A stretch of 63,987 nucleotides of DNA, counting the filler. It is 9 parts of 9 records of this genome, joined end to end, with 100 filler letters (N's around TTAATTAATTAA, not from the genome) between each part and the next. Parts side by side here need not be neighbours in the genome. Positions count along the whole stretch, not along the records: positions 40,689 to 51,563 come from DRR723986_22203; 8 more parts are not named here. One strand, written 5' to 3'. This document shows positions 40,707-49,770 of this stretch, piece after piece (the stretch's first letter is position 1; the number at the start of each line of letters is the position of its first letter). A program made the position numbers and the translations under genes. The notes beneath the pieces were generated by a model. The model was not told the DNA's origin. It saw only the letters and a list, made by a program, of their open reading frames with translations, and did not search any database.

Positions 40707-41372
40707 CTAACAGCTTTGGACAACAGCATAACAGCGAACCGGAAACGTCCCAAACTTGCGGACCTTAACCGGCGCAGCATGAAACCGGAAGTGCTGGTCA
40801 GCCGGCACACTCGCCAGATTTGTCATGTGCTCAACGATTGGAATGTCCGCGCCGAGCAGTGTGCTGTGTACGGGGCGCGTGCGTTTGGAGACGTCGTCAA
40901 TATTATAACTGTCGATTCCAACCAGGACAGCGCCGTTGTCTCGTAGCCAGACGGCGCTCTCTTCAATTAGAAATGGATGATCCTCAAAGTATTGATCCGT
41001 GCCCCAGTGCCGCGACCAGTCGGTGCGCACCAGCACGGCTTTGCCCTTGACGTCATGTGACTTGAGCAGGTCTGCGCCAAGCGACAGGCCTTGTCCGGTC
41101 ACGTCGATAATACAGCCGGGCAGGTCCACCAGCGATTCGAGCGGCAGCTCCGACAGATCCTTGCCATCTGCATAACGGTGGAATGGCGAATCGACGTAGG
41201 TTCCGCTATTGGCAACCATTTCGATTTTGCCGATGTGAAACTCAGTGCCGGCGTCGTAGTGGTCGCGTGAAGCTTCGCGACTCAGGAAGTCACAAATGAT
41301 TGGGGCCGGCAGTCCCTTATATGTAATTGTTCCGTCTTCAATCGTATGGCTCAAATCGTGTAGAATCGACAT
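40707..41372 (-). CDS. Cyclase family (kynurenine formamidase-like) hydrolase
   Basis: DLSH, GTYVDSPFH, LVGID, H..LL...IVE and FPVR motifs. Confidence 0.88.
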   Translation of the reverse strand: MSILHDLSHTIEDGTITYKGLPAPIICDFLSREASRDHYDAGTEFHIGKIEMVANSGTYVDSPFHRYADGKDLSELPLESLVDLPGCIIDVTGQGLSLGADLLKSHDVKGKAVLVRTDWSRHWGTDQYFEDHPFLIEESAVWLRDNGAVLVGIDSYNIDDVSKRTRPVHSTLLGADIPIVEHMTNLASVPADQHFRFHAAPVKVRKFGTFPVRCYAVVQSC

Positions 41373-41595
41373 TGCATTAATTCCCTGACTTAAACATTCA
41401 AATACTCTGAGGCCGACTTAACAAGCGGCAGCTGGAGAATCACCAACTAACAAGAAACTCAAAAAGCAAGCCGCAGTAAACGCGAATTTTAAGACCCAGA
41501 AAACGACACTTAACACTTAGAGAGCGGCGCTGCAATCCGGGCAATTAATGTGCACTTCTGTGCTTGTTAAACAGAACAAAAAACACCGGCAAACT

Positions 41596-42132
41596 CTACT
41601 TAATATTAAGCTCAAGCAAGACGAGACTGTCCAGGCGAAACTCGGGCTGCCCGTAGAGCAAGAGCGGCGTTCCGGCGTCCAGGTTCAGCACGTGCGTATA
41701 TCCGCGCGCTTTGGCGACCTTGTCAATTGCTTGCTGAACCCTGTTAAACAGCGGCGCCATCAGCGTATTTTCCTGCTCGGAGAGGGCGGCGTTGGCTTTC
41801 TCCTGAAATTCGGTAATCGACTGCTCCATGGCTTTAAGTTCATCGCGTTTAGTTTCGCGAATCACGTCGTTCATCATAGCTGCCTGCTGTTGAAAACTTT
41901 CGGACTTCAGCTGAAGTTCGCCCACCATTTTCTGCAACTCAGTTGTGAATTCCTGACGGAGCGTGTCCATCGAGGTGTTAACATTTTTGAGTTCGGGAAG
42001 TTGAGATACGATATTGGCGGCGCTGGCGTACCCGACGAAGGCCTCGGTGGCGCGCTGGTTGGGCATAACAGCCATCAGCCCCAGACCGACGAAGGTAAGA
42101 GCAACAAATGCTACGATAATTTTGCGTGACAT
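41596..42132 (-). CDS. OmpH/Skp-family periplasmic chaperone
   Basis: Signal/TM N-terminus, VGY...IVSQLPE, coiled coil, AIDKVAKARGYTHVL; ATG 42132 after AAGGA. Confidence 0.85.
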   Translation of the reverse strand: MSRKIIVAFVALTFVGLGLMAVMPNQRATEAFVGYASAANIVSQLPELKNVNTSMDTLRQEFTTELQKMVGELQLKSESFQQQAAMMNDVIRETKRDELKAMEQSITEFQEKANAALSEQENTLMAPLFNRVQQAIDKVAKARGYTHVLNLDAGTPLLLYGQPEFRLDSLVLLELNIK

Positions 42133-42538
42133 ATATGATTCCTTAGAAGCTTTTGAAGGTTGATGCCGGCCACGGAGCTCCGCAACTGACGTTGAGGGCG
42201 GCAATTTACGAAGGAATGTGTGATCAAAGCGGCGCAACTAGCGATACAGAAAACCGCTACGGCTAAACAAACGAGCAGCAAGAAGCACCAATCGGCCTCT
42301 TTTTTATGATTTTTGTACAATTTATCACTTACACCAATACTATTTTTACAACCCCATCACCCGCAACAGTCTATTGTCAGATGATACACCTCCTAGAAAT
42401 CACGTACAAATTCGTGGCAGAATGGCGTTCCACAACAATTAGAACGCGCTGAAAAAGAATTTTTCTTTTAAATGCATTTATTGTAATATGCGTCTGTTCG
42501 ACTATTACACTGCATGCCACAAACTCTACGGTCTTATC

Positions 42539-43126
42539 GTGAGAAAAATTTCAGGCCTTTATTTTTGGCTGATAATGCTTATCAGCCTCCTATCGCTGAC
42601 TCCTGAAGTGAGTGAAGCCGGCTGGTACTATGGTGCCGGGCCCGGTATAGCCGTGCCACAGGGTGAAGTTGGTGATACGACCGACCTGGCGCTTGGAGCA
42701 CATTTGATTTTTGAATCGCGGCATTACTGCCCTCTATGGTTTGGACTGCGGATCGACTGGTACAACTTCGATAAAGTTGATGATGTTCAGTCCTTCCTGG
42801 CGCCGTACTACAAACAGGCATTATACCTTTCGCCGACTGTGCGCTATAACTTTTTCACCGACAATAACTGTTACGATATTGGATGGCGGCCCTATTTACA
42901 AAGTATGTTAATAATGTCTTCAATGGACAACAATGACGCGCGCAGTCGGCTTGGTTTGGGCGGAGCCATCGGCATCGGTTTCGCGGGATCATTTCAACTA
43001 CTTGATCTCTGCTGGAACATTGATGCTTACGGGCATTACTCCGCGCCCAATTTCATTATTGCGGCGGATGGCAGACCAAAACTGACTTCACTGAATGCCG
43101 GATTAACACTGAGCGTATCACCATGA
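42539..43126 (+). CDS. Small outer-membrane beta-barrel protein
   Basis: Signal peptide ending SEA, then amphipathic strands (GPGIAVPQG, WFGLRIDW, RPYLQ, LNAGLTL). Confidence 0.72.
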   Translation: MRKISGLYFWLIMLISLLSLTPEVSEAGWYYGAGPGIAVPQGEVGDTTDLALGAHLIFESRHYCPLWFGLRIDWYNFDKVDDVQSFLAPYYKQALYLSPTVRYNFFTDNNCYDIGWRPYLQSMLIMSSMDNNDARSRLGLGGAIGIGFAGSFQLLDLCWNIDAYGHYSAPNFIIAADGRPKLTSLNAGLTLSVSP

Positions 43127-44373
43127 GAGACAGTAACATTTTCTATACGCACGCGGCGCTGATTGCACTATTGGCAATTGCCCCACTCCTGTTCGCTTGC
43201 AGCAGTTCAGACGTCACTTTAATTGACCATGCAGTGCGCATGAACCCTGATACACTCAGAGCGCTGAGCAAAGGTGATTCGGCGGCACAGCACATGTACA
43301 AGCACAAGTATGGCATGCTGCCGGATGAAAGCGGTGCACGCGACCCAGGCACCTTGCGCGGGCACGTTTATAGCGTAGCAACTGTTAAACTCGGCAGCGA
43401 CTCAACTGAAAAACATGATTACGACTCACTACATGGCAAGAAATATCTTGTATTTACAGATAAACGCTACTTCGGCCAGGAAGATCCGCCCAAAGAGTTA
43501 ATTCCCCTGGAACATGTTAAAATGCTTGGACCGGAAAAGGAAGTTAATCTAGAAGACGGCTATTGGTTTGAACACTATAACATACAGCTTCAGCCACTTG
43601 GCATCCGCGAAGTGCCCGAAGTTACTTTAAACTACGATCCTTCAGCCTGCAACTGTTTACCGCTTGACCCGGAAATCCCCTGTCCGCCAGGAATTCCCTG
43701 TGGCATTTCCTGTTTAACGCGCGCGCACCAGTGGTACTTTGTTTCAATCAAGGGCGCGTACGTGATTTACAATGACTATGAGCAGGATGTTTTTGGTAAC
43801 AAACGCAGGGTCTCGCTTGCTGATTTTGCAGGCGAACTTACAGCGGGCATTCGCTTCAGGGGATTTTTTGACCTACTTGATGACGATATTTCGCGCAAGG
43901 CGCATTGGGGCCTTGGGCTGCAGTATTCAACTGGTGTGCCGCTGGTTAACACCTTTAATTTTGACGAGGCAGCTGAGCGCAAGCAGACCTTGATGCTGCA
44001 TTTCCGGCGTCAGTTTGACGACTGGTTGTGCATGTTTCCATTTGTGTATGCAAATGCCGGCATTGCGATCGACGGCGCAACGCTGGATTTGGCGCACTTT
44101 GCAATGAAGGACGGCCTCTTTTGCAATTGCAAAGAAGAGAACGATGACTTGCGGCGTATTTTAGACTCGCCGGTGGTAGACATCAGCTTCCCCTTGAGCT
44201 ATGCGGTTGGCGTGGGTGTCGACATTCCAATTCATCGGCGCATGGATATCTCGCTGGATTTGGGTTGGCGACGGATAGCATTTGCGGAAACAGTGAACTT
44301 GTTCAGCTTTGCGGACATCCCGAGTTATCGCGCAGAGTCGATGTGGGTTTTTCGCGCGGGTTTAACGTTTTAA
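43123..44373 (+). CDS. Cys-rich lipoprotein with C-terminal beta-barrel
   Basis: Lipobox LFAC, linker CNCLPLDPEIPCPPGIPCGISC, barrel strands PFVYANAG and ISLDLGW, C-terminal FRAGLTF beta-signal. Confidence 0.75.
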   Translation: MRDSNIFYTHAALIALLAIAPLLFACSSSDVTLIDHAVRMNPDTLRALSKGDSAAQHMYKHKYGMLPDESGARDPGTLRGHVYSVATVKLGSDSTEKHDYDSLHGKKYLVFTDKRYFGQEDPPKELIPLEHVKMLGPEKEVNLEDGYWFEHYNIQLQPLGIREVPEVTLNYDPSACNCLPLDPEIPCPPGIPCGISCLTRAHQWYFVSIKGAYVIYNDYEQDVFGNKRRVSLADFAGELTAGIRFRGFFDLLDDDISRKAHWGLGLQYSTGVPLVNTFNFDEAAERKQTLMLHFRRQFDDWLCMFPFVYANAGIAIDGATLDLAHFAMKDGLFCNCKEENDDLRRILDSPVVDISFPLSYAVGVGVDIPIHRRMDISLDLGWRRIAFAETVNLFSFADIPSYRAESMWVFRAGLTF

Positions 44374-44441
44374 GTGCACGCAATGTGTTACAATTAACGA
44401 CCATAGATTCACCAAATACAGACAATCCCTAGAGACTGAAT

Positions 44442-45347
44442 ATGTTAAGTACTGAATACAGGTTTAAGGTTTTATGGTTGCCGGCACTGTGCCTGGCATT
44501 CACGCTGGCCGGATGTTGTGATTGTGACTGTCCGTTGGATCCACGTGAATTTGATTCAATAGTTTGCAATCCATTTGAAGCTACAATTTCAGAGTTTTCC
44601 CCTGAACTCGTGGCCAGCTTAGATACCGATAATGACATCGTGCTAACTCCTGGTGACCGATATGCCATTCACAGTTTTCAATTTCCGATTAACGACAGCG
44701 AATCTGGCAGGTTGATAAACCGTCAGTCAATCGTTCGCAATGGTGCCGTAATCGTTGAATTTGACGAGGTAATGCCCCCCTCGACAAATAGATGTATAGT
44801 GGCATATACGAGTAATGCCCCTTCCAATGAAGGGATGGTTGGAGACATATTGATCGAAGAAATTGACTTAACATCCACTCCACCAACTGCCTGTTTGCGT
44901 TTCGGCGGAAGACTTGCACGAATTTCACCCGACATCAACACAGAGTCTGCACGTGATTTCTGCAACTATTTACAAGCCATTGCAGCCATAGGTCAAATAG
45001 GAATGGCGGCTGGGGAGGCCACCGATTTTGGCGAAGGTATTCAAGCTAACACGATCCGATCAGCATCCATAGAAACCAGCAACACAGTAACTCTGGACGA
45101 AAATTTCATTCTTAAAATACCACAAGTGGGAGACTTGCCTTTCCTGAATGCCCAGAGGCTCGACTTGGTAGCTCGTATGCAAGCGTCGAATAACTATTCG
45201 GCAATCTGTGTCGAAGTTGAAATCGGACAAGTGTTTTACTACGAAGCCAAAAGTGGACGGGCTTTTGTTTTTGCAGTTGTCGAAATGGATGAAGGAGATT
45301 TACCTCCCGGCAAGAATCGCCTAACAATCATTTTCAATGAAGTATAG
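44442..45347 (+). CDS. Cys-rich hypothetical lipoprotein
   Basis: Lipobox LAGC followed by CDCDCP; 301 aa, no recognised family. Confidence 0.72.
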   Translation: MLSTEYRFKVLWLPALCLAFTLAGCCDCDCPLDPREFDSIVCNPFEATISEFSPELVASLDTDNDIVLTPGDRYAIHSFQFPINDSESGRLINRQSIVRNGAVIVEFDEVMPPSTNRCIVAYTSNAPSNEGMVGDILIEEIDLTSTPPTACLRFGGRLARISPDINTESARDFCNYLQAIAAIGQIGMAAGEATDFGEGIQANTIRSASIETSNTVTLDENFILKIPQVGDLPFLNAQRLDLVARMQASNNYSAICVEVEIGQVFYYEAKSGRAFVFAVVEMDEGDLPPGKNRLTIIFNEV

Positions 45348-45410
45348 AGCACCAATTCTACTCCAACCAACTAAGCACTTACTGTTAGAACAATCTAGCT
45401 TGAGTATTTT

Positions 45411-48400
45411 ATGATAAATCTTAACAAAGTTACATTGTTTATTTCGGCGCTTACGACGATCTCCATCCTTAACGCCTGCGCCTCGCCTGACGGTGCAATC
45501 ATCATCCCACCGCCCGGCAATATCGCCAGTGTGACAGCTTCGATTAATACCCCAGAGAACGAGGTCGCTCCGGTGCAGCGCCCGCTGGAGCGCGATTCAT
45601 TGTTAAACCCGTGTCAGCGCGAAATCAAATCTTTGCGCACTTCCCAAATTGACGGCATTCAGACTTCACAGGAGTTTGTGATTGAAATGTCTGGACGCGC
45701 ACAGGGTAACCGGCCGGAGACGGACCGAGTTCTGGATTACATGACACGTCATGTTGAAGCTCTGAGCTTTATGAATCATTTACGCGGCGTGGCGGCTTTT
45801 TCACATCCACCGGTGCGTGACTTTGCGACAAAAAACGGGCTTGATTTAAGCGAGTCTTTTGGCGGCACGGATCTATTTCTATTCTCGATTCAGGACAACC
45901 CGCTCACTAACTCAACTAACTTTCAGGCTCTGCCTAAACACATTAACAGCGACTACTGGGACTCACACCCATTTGTGATCGACTCATTGGATGATAATGG
46001 CAGGGAAATTGTTACACTGTTGGTCTGGGCTTCCGATCGTGACAACCCATTCCGCACAATCACGGCGCTGGGTGAAAAACCGAAACGCAAAGGCCATGCG
46101 GACCTGTACTATGCATTTGGGCGGCGTCCACGCGGGGCCGGCGACCAGGCGGATATAGTCTGGGGCGCGGAAAAGGAATTGGTCGGTGTTAATGTTGACG
46201 GGTTTAACGACTGCAGCCCTTTCATTTATTGCCTGTGTAATCCTGCGAGCACACATCTGTTCTTTTCATCGAACCGCGGGCATGTGGATCCAAGCAGGGA
46301 GCAGGACTACGACATCTACAGTGTTAAGATCAGCGTAGACTATGTGCAGGAAACAATTGTAGCGCTCGACAGGGTGGAACGTCTGCCACGCAGTGAGTCG
46401 CCCAGTTCGCGCGAATCTGTTAACTCCAGGTTTGACGATCGTTTCCCCTGGGTGGCCTGGCCGATGGAGGATCCGGAAAATACCTGGCTGTATTTTAACT
46501 CAGACCGATTCGACGACACACTTGGCATTGGGGGCGGCAAAGCTGTGCAGAGCAAAGGCGATCATGATATCTATCGCATGAAACTCGACCCGAGCTATAA
46601 ATGTACGCCCCGTAAAGTCACATACTTGCTTAACGTTGTAGTTCTCGACGCGGTGGATCCCAAACGTCCGGTGCTAGCCCCGGTGGTGCGCATAAAAGAT
46701 ACACGCGATCGCGGAGTTGGGTTAAAATTTAACGCAACAACTGCATTTCCGATTGAAGTTAAGCCGGGCTGCTGTTACGAAATTTATGGCGGTTCCGAGC
46801 ACATTGGTGAAATCGATTGCAGCACGCCGGGTGACAGTGCAATTATCGCCTATTGCGCGCCCGAAGTCGGCTTGGTAAGTAACAAGCTTCTAAAACGCGG
46901 AGAACTTGTTTCGCGGACAATTACCCGCGAACTAGATCCAGCAAGCGCGATTCCCGTGCTGGGCCAGACCGTTCTCGACACCGTAAACGAATTTGAATAC
47001 GAAAAGCGTGGCGGCGCACGCATTGACGTTTTAACGCAGCGGCACGATACAGTCATTGCAATCACTGAGTTGTTGGACGGTGTTAAGAGAGTCCAACTCC
47101 GTGGAACCGAGCGCGTAGTTCGGCGTAAACGCTACTTGCGTGCCAAAGTCGGCGACTCAATTACAGTAAACTGCGAGCCCAAAGACTACTTAAAAGGCCC
47201 GACAGTTGAGTCGGAAAAAACACGCAACGGCCGTATTACAACCATCGGCATGCATGTTTCGCCAGCGACCGACACAGTCATGATTTATGATACAGTGTAT
47301 GTTAAGCCGGCATTCGAGCCCAAACCGCTGATCACTTTAAACGTGGATCTAAAAGATGCGTATGATGAGCGGGACACAATCATAGCCCCAATTATAGTTC
47401 TCTTAACGCAAGACAACAACAAGCGCATTGTTGAACGTGACACAGTAAGGCATAACAAGGCAAGTTTTAAGTTGGAATGCAACCGCAACTACCTAGTAGT
47501 TGGCGGGTCGGAATCTGAGGGAGCAATCTGCGAAGAGGGTGACTGTATCATTCTCAGCTACTATAAGCCATTTCGCAGTGGCACAAACAATGATGTTATA
47601 ACAAAAACACTCCCCCGATTCGAGAGAGGTAGACATGTGCCAATAAAAGGTCCAGAACTACTGTCTGAACTGTCGATATCTGGTGGCGTAATCAAAACTA
47701 ATGGCATCACAGAGAAAACTACATTTAATGATACTGTTTACTTACAGCCATTGTGTTATGAAAAACCACCTTGTGACATTGAATTCAAGTCCAAAAATGT
47801 CGCAATTCCATATTTTCAAACGGGGATGTGGGAAGTAAACACCAAGGACGGAATTCGGAGACATCTAAAGCAGCTGGACTCACCATTATCAGGAGAAATC
47901 CCCCCAACGGAGGCAGATCGACGCTCAATGGGCATTGCACGTTGGGTAGAACTTCACGACTCTAACAGCTATTGGCGGTCATGGGGAAAATATGTGCACC
48001 CAAAACGGCAGGATCGAATCGATGCTTACAAAATCGACTTTGCCCCCAAGGTTGATGCGAACCTGGACTTAATGGCACAAACTGTTTTGAATGAGTGGCT
48101 GCCACATTATTTGTTTATCGATAGTGTTCGCAGAACGCAGAAGCGCTACAATACTAAGCTTGTTGTTGAGTGCATGGCATACAGTGACCGCAGGCCTGTT
48201 AATGTCGGTTGGTATGTCGGCGAGGAAGTACACTATCTTGAAGGTGAATTGACAACCGATGGAAGCTATCAGTTTAAAACTGATACTACAATTATCCCAG
48301 AGCTTAGTAATCTAAATAAGACAAACGATACGCTTTCACGCCTGCGAGCCTGGTATGGGTATAAGGAGCTAAAAATACGCTTTGACAAATTCAAATCCGT

Positions 48401-48731
48401 TGGGGACACTAGTAAAACCCTATTCGATTATTTTAGTCCGTCAGAGGTAATAACACCAGAGTCCGTCGAATTAACCTCAAAGGAAAAGTTTGAAGCCAAG
48501 GTCAAAGACTCAAGGTTGATCATTCTAGCAAAGGGATATTATGCCGATCGTTTTAGAGTCAAGGCGAAAGAATATATAAAAGATTCCAAAACAATCAGTG
48601 ATTACTACGACTATGACCCAATCCGCCGTGTCAACGTGCGCGTGCGTATAATCGAAATGGAAGGTAGTGCAGTCATCCCGCACGACTGCTGTACCAAGCC
48701 AAAACTGCCAACACTGGCACGCAAGAAATAA
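45411..48731 (+). CDS. Large lipoprotein: PD40/WD40-like propeller, duplicated beta-sandwich, degenerate OmpA_C-like domain
   Basis: Lipobox LNAC; PD40-like LFFSSNRG and LYFNSDR..GDHDIY; C-terminal YF.T...MAYSD...NDTLSRLRA...AKG...IRRVNVRV. Confidence 0.72.
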   Translation: MINLNKVTLFISALTTISILNACASPDGAIIIPPPGNIASVTASINTPENEVAPVQRPLERDSLLNPCQREIKSLRTSQIDGIQTSQEFVIEMSGRAQGNRPETDRVLDYMTRHVEALSFMNHLRGVAAFSHPPVRDFATKNGLDLSESFGGTDLFLFSIQDNPLTNSTNFQALPKHINSDYWDSHPFVIDSLDDNGREIVTLLVWASDRDNPFRTITALGEKPKRKGHADLYYAFGRRPRGAGDQADIVWGAEKELVGVNVDGFNDCSPFIYCLCNPASTHLFFSSNRGHVDPSREQDYDIYSVKISVDYVQETIVALDRVERLPRSESPSSRESVNSRFDDRFPWVAWPMEDPENTWLYFNSDRFDDTLGIGGGKAVQSKGDHDIYRMKLDPSYKCTPRKVTYLLNVVVLDAVDPKRPVLAPVVRIKDTRDRGVGLKFNATTAFPIEVKPGCCYEIYGGSEHIGEIDCSTPGDSAIIAYCAPEVGLVSNKLLKRGELVSRTITRELDPASAIPVLGQTVLDTVNEFEYEKRGGARIDVLTQRHDTVIAITELLDGVKRVQLRGTERVVRRKRYLRAKVGDSITVNCEPKDYLKGPTVESEKTRNGRITTIGMHVSPATDTVMIYDTVYVKPAFEPKPLITLNVDLKDAYDERDTIIAPIIVLLTQDNNKRIVERDTVRHNKASFKLECNRNYLVVGGSESEGAICEEGDCIILSYYKPFRSGTNNDVITKTLPRFERGRHVPIKGPELLSELSISGGVIKTNGITEKTTFNDTVYLQPLCYEKPPCDIEFKSKNVAIPYFQTGMWEVNTKDGIRRHLKQLDSPLSGEIPPTEADRRSMGIARWVELHDSNSYWRSWGKYVHPKRQDRIDAYKIDFAPKVDANLDLMAQTVLNEWLPHYLFIDSVRRTQKRYNTKLVVECMAYSDRRPVNVGWYVGEEVHYLEGELTTDGSYQFKTDTTIIPELSNLNKTNDTLSRLRAWYGYKELKIRFDKFKSVGDTSKTLFDYFSPSEVITPESVELTSKEKFEAKVKDSRLIILAKGYYADRFRVKAKEYIKDSKTISDYYDYDPIRRVNVRVRIIEMEGSAVIPHDCCTKPKLPTLARKK

Positions 48732-48762
48732 CACAGCATAACTCTATTCGTACCAGGCTAGA

Positions 48763-48801
48763 GACAGCGCAAAACCTCCGGTGAATCGGTTTCGCGCTGT
48801 C
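48763..48801. terminator. Hairpin between convergent genes
   Basis: GACAGCGCAAAACC...GGTTTCGCGCTGTC. Confidence 0.6.
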
Positions 48802-48835
48802 ATATTTTCAGGCAGATAAACAGCGGTTTAACTAC

Positions 48836-49306
48836 TTAACTTTCAGAAGTGTTTTGAAGCTCGGCTTTAACAAGTTCGTCAATCTGATCGCCGGGCTGCA
48901 CGTAGAGGACAACTGGGAACTCATTGCTTGAGTTTAACACATGTGTGTAGCCACTATCCTGCGCAACTTTGGCAATCGCGGCATCAAGATTCTTTAGCAA
49001 TGGCCCGAGCTGTTGTTTGCGTTTGCCTTCATACTCCTTATCAAATCGCTCACGTGCCTCGTGGATTTCGTCCTGCAATTTTAACAGTTTTTCTTCACTC
49101 TTACTGCGTTGTTTTTCGTTCATGGCCTTGTAATTGGCTTCCATGTTCTGCGAGTGCTCAACCAGATGCAGCTCCATTTTATCGAGCCTGTCTTCCCCAA
49201 TGCTAGCAAATTGCTCCAGATTGGCGGCACGTGCTGGAAAATCGGGCATCGATTCCAAAAGTTCTTCGGCATTACAAACTGCAATACGACTGGTGTTGTT
49301 CGACAT
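48836..49306 (-). CDS. OmpH/Skp-like protein apparently lacking a signal peptide
   Basis: RIAVCNAEELLESMPD, coiled coil, AIAKVAQDSGYTHVLN. Confidence 0.78.
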   Translation of the reverse strand: MSNNTSRIAVCNAEELLESMPDFPARAANLEQFASIGEDRLDKMELHLVEHSQNMEANYKAMNEKQRSKSEEKLLKLQDEIHEARERFDKEYEGKRKQQLGPLLKNLDAAIAKVAQDSGYTHVLNSSNEFPVVLYVQPGDQIDELVKAELQNTSES

Positions 49307-49401
49307 AACTTTTACTCACTACTCAAAATTAGATTTCCGAATGCACGCGTAGTTCGCGGATGGCCATAATAACAGCCAGACAAATATACGAACATTTTTT
49401 C

Positions 49402-49430
49402 TTGCAAAGCTGCAGCTTCTTGCGTATACT
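49402..49430 (+). promoter_or_regulatory. sigma70-type promoter
   Basis: TTGCAA-N17-TATACT. Confidence 0.6.
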
Positions 49431-49770
49431 TGAATCGCTTTGCCGGGGGTGTGCACCCTCCTTCCGGCAGGCTCTCTTGACCTTTTTGTTAGTTTTCAAG
49501 TTTAAACACACGGAACCAACCGTCTACCACAGGTAGATGGGATATACCGCTGTCAGTAACAGTCGAATATCGCGTAAACACTAAAACTACAATCCACTGA
49601 TTTCTCCGCGGCGATACAATTGTCCTGCGCGGCGGAGCATGTCTTTTTGTGTTTAACTCATCTGCTCAGGGCGCATCTGTTTAACATGCCATATCTCCAA
49701 GTTCACGTGCACCAATTTTGTTAAACAAGACGCTACGAGCCGATACTGTTCCGAGTAAGGAAACCGTGTT

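Noticed and set aside
49505..49560. c-di-GMP-I riboswitch look-alike
   Set aside because: Lacks the GNRA loop/receptor and the conserved GGCAAAC...GCAAAG core.
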